Assembly (NCBI RefSeq): GCF_035084215.1
Contig: NC_090348.1
Coordinates: 26,288,001-26,352,000 of the forward strand
Direction of reading: 5' to 3'
DNA: 64,000 bases
Source of the DNA: Heptranchias perlo
Lineage: Eukaryota
The notes below the pieces were generated by a model that did not search any database, was not told where the DNA came from, and saw nothing but the letters and a program-made list of their open reading frames with translations. The position numbers were made by a program, and so were the translations under genes. Positions within the stretch are counted from its first letter, which is position 1. Each line of letters starts with the position of its first letter. Below, piece after piece: positions 45,503-56,663 of this stretch.

Positions 45503-47078
45503 TTGAGATGTACTTAGGTATGTAACAGGGATTTAATTGCATGCTGAATGAAGATACTAATTGGAATGTTGTGCATTTCTGTTTTCTGTTAAGTTGTAGA
45601 GAAGTTAGTACCATGTAGGTTGAGGTTCATTGCCAATTGTGTTTTCAAGATTAATGATACTTGGTTTAATATTGATCTCAGGGCGGTGGCTGGCATAGTG
45701 TATTAACCTGGGATCAAATCCTGGGTAATTATATTAATTATACATCCCCAGTTCCTGCATTCATTATCAACTCAGCTAATTGTTGTGAAAGCCTCAAAAT
45801 GTTGTTACAAAGATCAACTTCTAATCAAGGTGTTAATTGTCACTCAATATAAAGGCACCAAATGCTAGTCTTGTTGATTTTCCTTCACCATTTGATAGTT
45901 TTTGCAGGACCTCTATAACGTCAGAATGGATACTTTAGCATACGTGAAGCATTTGCAAACACCCTACCAGTCGATTAGTATCAGCTTACAAAGAGAACTT
46001 TGAACAGTTCGTATTAAGTTTCGCAGAAAGCCAGTTGGTTACATTAATAAAAATTCAGAATCTATAAAGTGATTCTTGGGAGAAATTTCTGCTTTTTTAC
46101 GCTAGTTTTGCACCCTGATTTCAGCAAAATTGGCCAAACTAGTGCAAAAGCGTGGGGAATTTTTAAACGTAAATGAGTTACACCCAAAGCCATTTACACA
46201 TGTGTTTTCGGTGATCTTTTACACTGGGTCAAGATTCAATTTGCCTGAACCAGGCCCCACCCACAAAACTGGTCACGTTCCCAGGCACTTGTAGGCGCGT
46301 TTTAAAAGTTTTTTCATATCAAAAAAACTTAATTTACTAAGAAACTGACTAGTGTACACCAACGAAACTAGTAAATGGTTCTATACATTTTTTTAAAAAT
46401 TTATTTTCAGTGATTTTAAATCAGGTTATTCACAGGTGGAGGACTGGACAGCCTTATTAAAAATGCTTATTTTTAGTGATAAACCCATTTTCAGCTGAAT
46501 TAATAAAACTGCACCAGGTTACCACTCTTAAATACATTGAGGAATACTTTTTAATGGAAAGGAGAAAAAAAAACGATTATGTTCTATTACACTGCCCGAT
46601 TGTGCTAGTTCATGGAAGATTTTACGTTTGTGATTATGCAAATACATTTTAGCAGAAACTTGAAGCCGAATCTAACCAACGCATTTTGGGCACAATTTCC
46701 TGATATAGCAGAAACTATTTCTGTACGTGGCACTGCAGTCTCGATTATTGTTATCTGATTTTTAAAGTTGCACTATCACTTTTACAAGGTTGTATATCCC
46801 TGAGTTGAAGCTGCACTAATTGTTCCATTATTCCCTGTTTATGTGTGTACCTACTTCTAATTACACATACAAGATTGTACCACGACCATTGAATTGTACT
46901 GTATGTACCATTGCAAATTGTACGACCTGTATTGTATTGTTTGAAGCATGATTTGAATTGCATTGTATGTTTACAAATTTTATGAATAAAATATTTTGAA
47001 ATTAAAAAATACAAAATTCTCAGTAATAGCTGTAATCTAAAGGCATACACAAACATCGCTGGATGAGGAAAATTGAAT

Positions 47079-47778
47079 AGGCCATAATTTGCTGTAGCAG
47101 GGCATCTAACACTGTTAGTTAGACTTGCCCTTGCACGTTTAGGTTTTTACATTTTTTTGCATGACAAATTGCTGAAGGCATGAGCTGATGGTGCGAGAAA
47201 CAGGGCAAGCAACTGTATCTCCTTAACCAATCAGATTTAAGGACTGAAATTAACAGTGCAAGGACTGAGAAGGAAGTGTAAATTAGAGTGGGTGAATTCA
47301 ATGTCAAATCGGGTACAGAAAGAAAGAGGGAAAGAAAGATTGGGGTAAGAGAAAAAAAGAGAAAGGAAAAGTTATAATTTTACATCTTTAAACCTGAAAG
47401 AATGAGACTCCACACTTGTAATAATTAATTTTCAGTGCCAGAGAGGTTGCTTGGCAGTAATTAACATTTATCAGGTGGTTAAAAGCGTACTTGTGCTTCA
47501 AATGACAAGACTCAACTTTCTGTGGTGAGTTTAGTTCCTATCAACTGCAAATACAACAACTTCATGCCATTCAATGCATTTCAATGGTGAGGCAGACAGG
47601 GAGATGCCGTTTTTGCAAAGCCAATGGCAGAGCTGCACAACTCGGATATGGACAGCAACTTTTTCATATCTGCTTTTAACGGCGCATCTGCTCCTCGCCT
47701 GAAGTTGCTGTACCATTTATACATAAATAACGGCAAGCGCTATTAGCTTTACCATTATTTTGACGCAAATTCTGGCCG
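47079..47778. mobile_element. Harbinger-type non-autonomous element downstream of szl
   Basis: TIRs GGCCATAATTTGC (47080-47092) / GCAAATTCTGGCC (47765-47777); AAT on both flanks. Confidence 0.65.
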
Positions 47779-48087
47779 AATGTGTTAGTTACTTGCAGAC
47801 TTACCACGGAAGCTAAAGAAAACGCCAAACTAGTGTCTGGTTCAGTTAGTAGCCATTTATATACAGCAACAGTATATTTCTGCACTAATATATATAACAT
47901 ACTCTGCAGCGTTATAGTAACTAAAATATCTTTGCCAGACCAATAGTATAATTCCAACCAACACATTTAAATATAAAATATACATTATTTTATAACATTA
48001 TAAATTTATATTTACAATACCTAGCGTATCTAAAAAAAGAGTGCATTAATGTATCTACAGGTCCTATATTACAAATCAAACATCATT

Positions 48088-48395
48088 CTAGCATTTATGG
48101 TGTTTCCATTTACGAGCGGCGAGTGTCAGTTGAGTGTCCTTTTTATGCCACAAGTAGACCTTATTTACTATTATAATGGCGTCCTGAACATCACCAATGA
48201 GGACGTACTGTGCGGCTCGGTTGCTGCGTGTCATCTTGTGGGCGCAGTTTGCATTGATGAGAAGCCACTGCTGAATAACGGTGCGAGTTCCAAAGGAAAA
48301 CAGCGAGCCGGGACTGATCATCTCCACCCGCCCTTCGACATCATATTCTGAATCTCCCGAAGCATTCTTCCTTTTCGCCAGTGTAACTTTCACAG
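48088..48395 (-). CDS. szl: szl exon 4 (netrin domain)
   Basis: VKVTLAKRK...WKHHKC-TAG. Confidence 0.92.
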
Positions 48396-49602
48396 CTGTG
48401 GGCAGAACAATAAGGGACCGTCATTCACTGTTATGATAGACATAAATGTTATTTTTATCATACAGCACAGAAGGAAGTCATTCGGCCGATCGTGCCTATG
48501 CCGGACGCCTCTTTGAAAGAGCTATCCTATTAGTCTATATTAAAGGCAAAGGACTATACTGAAGTTTTATTTTACAATGCAAAATAAATGGTACGTTTCC
48601 GTTGTCCGATTCTGTGTGCAATTTATTTCCTGTGTCTTAAAATGACTTTTTTTCCAAAACTTACCAAAATTATTCTGACAGAATGTCTGCAAAACTCTTT
48701 TGTGGGCACTCGGTTCCTCTGTAGTAGGGCAGCCCTGGCAGGTAGGCTTTGGAAAAACTAAATAGCCGAAACAAAAATAATTAAAATATATTGTATTGAA
48801 AATGTTTTATTGTATAACAAAGAGCAATTTTTAACGAGTATTTCAAATTAGAATTGAATCGTGGTGTGGTCGTCAAATATCCAATATCTCCCAATATTTT
48901 CTGCATACAACATATAACACTGATATGTGTTATTCCTTACAAGTCTTACATTTTCGGTAAGTGGTAGACTCTGTGCTGATCGATGTTAGACACGTGTCTT
49001 CATCGGCTGGGAATCGGTCACAGTCAAGGGCATCAGGCCAAGACTGCCCATGGCAAGCAAGGACTTGGCTACAACTGTCTCGAACAGCTATACACATACT
49101 TCTGCAAGGTTGGATGAACCTGCAACGATGGAATGGGACATCATTAATGTACATACTGTCATGCTAATGTTCTCAAATGTGCAGCAATCACCCAGAGTAA
49201 CAAGGCAATGTACATACTGTCATGCTAATGTTCTCAAATGTTGAGCGACCACTCAGGGTAACAGTATCCGAAGTAACAAGGGATACAATATTGAATAGAG
49301 AATACTTACGTGTCTAAGCAGACTGGAGCAAACAAAGAGCAGAGGAAAGTTCCTGCTTGCGAGTGACAGCCAGTTCGAAGAAGGGGCTCCCATTCAGCAG
49401 ATTTCGGGATAACCTCTCCAAGTGTGGTGTGGCCCATCAGATTCGGAAGCCGCATTTCTGAGTATCCTACATCTTGACATAAGCCCATTTCCTTTGGTAT
49501 AGCCACGCACTTTGTTGATATTCCAATATCAAAACATTCTATTAGCACAACACGCAGGGCACAGAACAGCGAAAAGAGACATCTCTGTGTACGACGAGGC
49601 AT
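48088..49602 (-). CDS. szl: Sizzled (secreted frizzled-related tolloid inhibitor), 4 exons, 287 aa
   Basis: complement(join(48088-48395,48665-48757,48950-49119,49310-49602)). FDIGISTKCV...DVGYSEMRLPNL, FLCSLFAPVCLDT, PKPTCQGCP, QWLLINANCA, KKDTQLTLAARKWKHHKC; CRD plus netrin domain; GT-AG phases consistent. Confidence 0.93.
48665..48757 (-). CDS. szl: szl exon 3
   Basis: FPKPTCQGCPTTEEPSAHKRVLQTFCQNNF. Confidence 0.92.
48950..49119 (-). CDS. szl: szl exon 2
   Basis: FIQPCRSMCIAVRDSC...WPDALDCDRFP. A second in-phase donor lies 9 nt downstream. Confidence 0.9.
49310..49602 (-). CDS. szl: szl exon 1 (signal peptide, CRD N-half)
   Basis: ATG at 49602; donor gtaagt. Confidence 0.92.
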
Positions 49603-49664
49603 TTCTGGAGAGCGTGATGACAGCTGTAAACTATTCCTTTTTTTGCTCCTGTGCTTGTTGCTGT

Positions 49665-49671
49665 ATTTATA
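49665..49671 (-). promoter_or_regulatory. szl TATA box
   Basis: TATAAAT on the - strand, 63 nt upstream of the ATG. Confidence 0.65.
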
Positions 49672-52600
49672 TCTTTAGTGATCTGCTTTATCAATTATCA
49701 GTGGCCTGCCAAAGTACTTCAGATAAGCCTTAACTTCTATTATCCATTCAAGTGATCGTTGTGATTACGGTGGAGGCGGAGGCTGTAAACACAAGAACCT
49801 TTCCAGACTGCACGGATTCATTTGTGACGGGTCATTACCCTTGGATTTAGTGAATTTTCTTTGCTTTAATTGCAAAGCGTCTCTGAACAGTATTTAATAT
49901 TTTTTTAAAAACATCTAAAATATACACACTACGAAGTTCGATTTAAGAAAGCCTGCGCATAAATTTTCAGTAGACAGACAGACTCCACAAACCCATTTGT
50001 CTCCGTTGTGTCTTGACAAATGGTAAATGTGAGAAATGGAACAAAAGAATGAATTACCGAGTGAAGAAGTTTCTACCGAGGCTAATTGTCTGCCGCCTCT
50101 TGTCTTGACTACAAGTATTACGCTGGAGACATGTTTCTGGCTCTTGATGAACGTAACGTCTGGTGTTCCAGCAAGAGGTATGAAAAGGTTTGAAAAGCCA
50201 GAAAATTGAAGACAAACTCGTTAAATCTCAATTTCTTGCTGCAGGGCCCTTACATTTCATATATATATAAATAATAACGGTAACACCTGGTGTAACGCCA
50301 AGACATATATTCCGTAATTATACACTGAACATGGCCAAGTCATGGGCCAATCCACTTCTCTTTATATTCGGTACATTACAGTGAATTTTTTAACTGGAAA
50401 CAGTTTTTAACTGGAAATAATGTTTCACATTTTGATTGAACACTTTTTTGTGTTTAAATAATTTAACAAATTCAATTGTTACTTTTAACACACGACTGAA
50501 GCGCAATATAATTATCCCTTCTGCGACAGTTAACAACTCGACATTGGTGATATCTAAAAGCATTAAAACTGAGACTGTAATCACTCACAGTAAGTTAGTG
50601 TGGGCCGAAATGTATAAGCATTTCGATGCTTTTCAGAAAAAAAGTTCTATAGCGCTTACAGTTAAAACGTATATCTTCTATCCAATCTAAACAACTAGAG
50701 AATCCGCTTTTCTTCAAATATCGATCGAAATATTCAAGAATCAATTTCAGTTAACTTTGCAGTCCTGCTATAGGTTCTCATTATGTATCATTGATAGGAT
50801 TTATACTCTCATTCAGTGTGCAGTAACTAGATGTGTACCTATGGTTTACCACAGATCTGTTTTTAATATTTGACCTGGATTAAATCTATTTCGAATCTAA
50901 ACATGGAATTGCAATTCTTCATTCCTATTGAATGTTACAGTGAAGCTTCCTGACACAAGCATAATGTTTCTGAGCTATGTATGCAGTTTATAAAGGTTCA
51001 ACTCTACTTCAGTACAAGTCCCAAGTAAGGGAACGTATAACCAGTGCTTTTTGGGGAAAATGGAGGGGAAGATTCTAAAGAAAAAGATCACGGAGAACAC
51101 TTTTTGTAATAGTCACACATATATAATAAGGTAACATGTAACTAGCTATCAAAATATAAAAGTTTAAGTCATCAGATTTTGCTTTGATAATTTTCACCCC
51201 TCCCCTCAAGGCTTTGATTCTTGTTGGGATATGGTTTCACAGGAATGGCAAATTTTGTTCATGTGACTATTCTTCATGTGTTAGTCTAAACGGTTAGTGC
51301 CAGCCAACTATTTGGACACAAAGGGCATCACAGTTAAGCCTGTTCTTGTTCTCATCTAATGTCCAAACACATACCTTCCAGTAGGGGTCACTAGATAACA
51401 TAAGAACCCCTGGCTGATTTTTCTTCCTAGCTCCGGGGCACTAAGGTCAATTGAAACACTTTTATACTAGTGCTTGTATAGTTCAGATTTCAGGAGACTG
51501 GCATATATGTGTCAGATGCAAGAATTTGTACTGTTAAATTCAGCTCCCTTGTTCCAGTGGCAGAATCACACACTCATGAAAAACTGGATCTATGATTCTG
51601 CTGCTGGGATTCTGCCCTGAAATCCAAACTAAGAGTCTTTCTCGCACCTCAAATACTGTCTTATCTGAGATCAGTTAACTCAGCATAGACAAGGAATTGA
51701 ACCAAGGAAATGGTAGAAATGCACAGGTCACCCAGCATCTACGGAGTGAACAAACACGTTGACATTTTGGGTGCATCATTGGCCAAAGTGCCAGAAGAAT
51801 TCTCTGCTCTTCTTCAAACACTACCAGATGATCTTTAATGTCCACCTGAACCATAGAAATACGTAACTGGGGCCTTAGTTTAACATCTCATCTGAATCTG
51901 CATTTCTGACAATACAGCACACCCTCAATACTCTTCCCTGTATGGAGCTCAAGTTCAGAACCTTCTGATTCAGAGGTGAGAGTGCTAACTGAGCAATGGT
52001 AATACAAATAATTTGTAACCCATAATCTAAAAATACAATACTCAAAGCATTCCTTGGACTGTTATATTGTCATAGTTCATATATTTAAAATGGTTGTAGA
52101 GAAAGTGATACTAAAAGATAAAATCCCTGTATCTCTATTTTTAAATTATATAATTATTGATTGACAGTCATATCTCCACTTCAATAAAAGAGCATTAGGA
52201 TTAAACTATCCCGGGTCTGGACTGGCTGCCAGACACCTGAGCCAAAGACAGATGCCGTGCATGGCTCCCTCACCATTTAAAAGAAGAGGCAAGACAGAGG
52301 CAGATCTGATTAAACCTTCACAAATACCTAAAGTGTTCACGCTTCATTGTCAAGTGCATTAAACAGCAGTCAGTCCCACTTCTTCCTTATCTGTCTTGCA
52401 GATTCTTCACATTCAGGTATAATAACTGCAGCTCTACTCTCCACCCATACAATTCAGGGTGTATCATAAAATGTTGGGTAGAAGTTAGATGAAAGCATTA
52501 TTTTGGGGCCTCTTTTTTGTAATTTTCTTAAGATACTTGCTTTCCTAAAAATTAAAATGGTCCCTTTTTAAAAAGTAATTTGAAAAATTGGTAGTACATT

Positions 52601-53019
52601 CTTATTCCAGTCAGACTCATCTCCTCTCCCACTTCCATGCCAGGTAAAGTGACAGATGCAGCAATGAATTGTGTCTGTTTGTGTTCCATGCAGGCCTAGT
52701 AGATGGGACTGGGTAGGAGATTGGCTCTAATATATAGCTACAATTCTCCCAGACATCCTATGAAATAATAAGGTACTTTTAACAACAACATGAATTGATA
52801 TAGTGTCTTTAATATAAAAAATGCTTAAGAGAGATAAGAGGAAAAATGGTTGCTGAGCCAAAGGAGCGATTAGGAGAGGTGACCCAAAACTTAATAAATG
52901 ATATGGGTTTTAAGAAGGATCTTAAGGGAGGAGAAGGAAGGGGTTAGGGAGGGTATTGCAGAGATTGGAACCTGCAGTGTGTGCCCACATTTTCAATATG
53001 TGCTCCTGGTGGACGAGGC

Positions 53020-53432
53020 TCCCAGCCTCGATTTTAAAATTCTCATCCTTGTTTTCAAATCACTCCTTGCCCTTGCCCCTCCCTATCTCTGTAGTCTCCT
53101 CCAACCCTCCAACCTTCAGAGATCCCTGCACTCCTCCAATTCTGGCCTCTTGCACATCTCCGATTTTGTTCGCGCCACCATTGCAGCTGTGCCTTCAGCA
53201 GCCTAGGCCCCAAGCTCTGGAATTGCCTCCCTAAACCTCTCCATCTCTCTACCTCTCTCTCCTCCTTTAAGACACTACTTAAAACCTACCTCTTTGACCA
53301 AGCTTTTGGTCACCAGCCCTAATATCTCTTTATGTGGTTCGGTGTCAAATTTTGTTTGATAACACTCTGTGAAACGCCTTGGGACGTTTTACTATGTTAA
53401 AGGCACTATATGGACGCAAGTTGTTGTTGTTG
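53020..53432 (+). mobile_element. L2 LINE 3' end, with an inverted L2 tail remnant at about 52785-52965
   Basis: LDFKILILVFKSL..LAPPYL; (TTG)n tail. Confidence 0.85.
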
Positions 53433-54478
53433 ATTGAACCTGGGATCTTCCTGGCCTGTATGGATGGATGCAACGGGCATTCAATCACTGAGCCACTGGG
53501 AGGAGCTATTCATACACTGCCAACAAATCTGTGCAAAACCCATCGAAGTAAGATTAATAAGGAAAACATTACTGAACTTTTTATAAATCTTGTTTAGTGA
53601 CATACACTGAAAGCTGCCTTGAGAGACGCAATTCATCCACTTTTCGGAAAGTATGACACTATAATAAATGATCAAAGAGAATCAGTCAGGATATTCTGAC
53701 CATTGTGTTCATGTCAATTCTATAAATGATCATTTGATACAGTGTTTGAGCTCCAAAGATAAATTGGTAAAACAGTGACTATCTCCAGATTTGTGATGAG
53801 TGCACAGGTAACAATTCAAATTTGATCCTTTGAGACAGCAAGTAAATCTTAATTCAAAAATAAAATCAATCTTGAAGTTAACTTTTAGCATTAGAATCCA
53901 TGTGATAAAAACAAGAAAGTTGCAGAACAGAGTGTCCTGCTGTTGAACCAAATAGGGAATATTTACAGGCCTTGTAGTTTATAGGTAGGAAACAAACCAA
54001 AAGATCTGAGGTGGAACCCCATACTTAAAAATAAAATGTTGACTCAGATGATACAACCTTGGGAAGTTCTGAGATAAGTTCTGCATTGTTTTCAGGTCCA
54101 TAGATCAGAATAATCCAGGGTTAACTCAAGTAAAGTCAATTTGTTCTTTGATTTTTTTTCAGGTTTTCTTTCAGACTTTTCAAACAGAAAACAATGGAAG
54201 GATTTGTAGCTGGTTTGTCACAACAAAAATACCAGCAGCTGTCAGACTGATTGAATTCCACTGGGGTCAGTGCCTCAATATAATTCTTACAAAATTGAGC
54301 ACAGAAATTTGTGGATATGTTTGCGGCGAGGAATTCTTAATACTATGCTATAATTACATTTTTACTTTTTCTTCTCTCTTTAGTGTTGTGACTCATGCTA
54401 GAGTTGAAACACATTAAAAGACAGCCTCCGATAACTCATCCAAGTGACCATTCTTCACAGGTGAGCCGAGATAGTGAA

Positions 54479-55165
54479 GGGCCGATTTTCCTGGGGCCCA
54501 TGCAAATGAGAATTATACATGGACAGTGCACTGAAATAATATTGTGGCTGACGTCACTTCCTGTGCCCTAATTTCCTGCCAGAGCTAATTATCATATCAT
54601 GGACGTTCCATGGCTGGGGGCTGAGGCATTCATTTGGACACAGTCATAAGGGCATAGGAAATTGAAGCACTGTTGCAGGCCTTAAAAGCCCGTGGCTGCT
54701 TCAAGGGGCTGGTGCATTTTGGGATGTTAGGAGAGCCTGTGGAGGAAACACTTCAGCCTGAGCCTAGGTGAATATTTTGGAAGCCTAAAACCTGCAGCCA
54801 AATATCCTGAAGTGTCTCTGAGAAGTATTTTCCACCAGCAGATCATTTTTAAAGTGACAAGGAGAAAGCTCTTCTGGCAGCAGCAGAAGAAACACTTTGC
54901 AAACCATCAGCATGTCAGTAAGGAGGAATCATTGCATAAGGGCACCCTGTGTTGATCACAAGGCTACTGAGCAGCTGTTGCAGGAAGTCGAGTAACGGAG
55001 AAATGTCCTTTTACTCTTCCATTGTAGGAAGATCATGAAGGCTGTGGCAGGCAGAGCATGGCATGATATGGCAGAGGCTATCAACAGCAGCAGCACTCTG
55101 CCAGGGACAGAGATGTTGTGCCAGAAAAAGATTAATGACCCTACCAGGAGGGAGCAAGTAAGTGT
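54479..55165 (+). mobile_element. Decayed Harbinger end with a Myb/SANT exon-1 remnant
   Basis: GGGCCGATTTTCC terminus; AW.DMAEAIN...CQKKIND.TR followed by a gtaagt donor at the same position as in the intact element. Confidence 0.65.
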
Positions 55166-55254
55166 GAATGTTTACACTGTTGTAAAGTCTGGGAGGCCCT
55201 TGGCAAGTGTTTCCTATTATTCAATGTTATGTGGTTAATTAAGGGGTAATTTCC

Positions 55255-56663
55255 TCTCATGGTTATGGTCCTGGATTAACAAGTCAAAGGTCATGAGTTC
55301 AAATCCCACCATAGCAAGTTGTGAAATTGAATTCAATAAATCTGGTCACTTGTGGCTCGCACTGGAAAAAATGATCATGAAAGTTGAGGGATTGTTGTAA
55401 AAATCCAACTAGTTTATTAATGTCCTTCAAAGAAGAGAAAGAACCTGCTGCCATTATTCAGTCTAGCCTACATATGACTCCAGTCTCACACCATGTGGCA
55501 GTATGGATACGAAATTGGCTAAGTGAAAGGAAACACAGAGTAGTGGTGAATGGTTGTTTTTTGGACTGGCGGAAGGTATAGAGTGGTGTTCCCCAGAGGT
55601 TGGCACTGGGACCACTGCTTTTTTTGATTTTATATTAATGACTTGGAATTGGGTGTACAGGGCAAAATTTCAAAATTTGCAGATGTCACAAAACTTGGAA
55701 GTGTAGTAAACAATGAGGAGAATGGTAATATACTTCAAGGGGACATAGACATGCTGGTGGAATGGGCGGACACATGGCAGATGAAATTTAAAGCAGAGAA
55801 ATGTGAAGTGATACATTTTGGCAGGAAGAATGAGGAGAGGTAATATAAGCTAAATGGTACAATTCTAAAAGGATGCAGGAACAGAGAGACCTGGGGTATA
55901 TGTGCACAAACCTTTGAAGGTGGCCGGACAGGTTGAAAAAGGGGTTTAAAAGCATAAGGGTTCTTGAGCTTTATAAATAAAGGCATAGAGTACAAAAGCA
56001 AGGAAGCTATGTTGAACTTTTATAAAACACTGGTTCGGTTGCAAATGGAGTATTGTGTCCAATTCTGGGCACCGCATTTTAGGAAGGATGTGAAGGTCTT
56101 GGAGAGGGTGCAGAAAAGATTTAGTGGAATGGTTCCAGGGATGAGGGACTTCAGTTATGTGGATAGACTGGAGAAGCTGGGGTTGCTCTCCTTAGAGCAG
56201 AGAAGGTTGAGAGGAGATTTGATAGTGTTCAAAATCATGAAGGGTTTAGATAAAGTAAATAAAGAGAAACTGTTCCCATTGGTGGGAGGGTCAAGAGCCA
56301 GAGGACACAGATTTAAGGTGATTGGCAAAAGAACCAAAGGTGACATGAAGAAAAACATTTTTACGCAGTGAGTAGTTATGATCTGAAATGCACTGCCTGA
56401 AAGGGTGGTGGAAGCAGATTCAATCGTGGCTTTCAAAAAGGAACTGGTAAATACTTGAAGGGAAAAATTTGCAGGGCTATGGAGAAAGAGCGGGGGAATG
56501 GGATCAACTGGATTGCTCTTACAAAAGATGGGCCAAATGGCCTCCTTTTGTGCTGTAACCGTTCTATGATTCTACATGGTTGACTCTTAATGCCCTCAGC
56601 ATAACTGGGTATGGGCAATAAATGTTACCTTGCTGGTGTCACCCACATCTCAAGAATAAAAAA
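55255..56663 (+). mobile_element. tRNA-head SINE made of the 5' leader and 3' tail of the 8795-12121 LINE family, split by a nested CR1
   Basis: 55255-55497 matches the LINE head and leader (B box at 55295-55305, TAATGTCCTT, TGACTCCAG). 56576-56663 continues TGGTTGACTCTTAATGCCCTC then ATGGGCAATAAATG...CCCACATC-A-tail. Confidence 0.8.
55497..56575 (+). mobile_element. 5'-truncated CR1 LINE nested in the SINE
   Basis: ISKFAD, WQMKF, EYCVQFWAP, RRLRGDLI; tail TTCTATGATTCTA. Confidence 0.9.
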
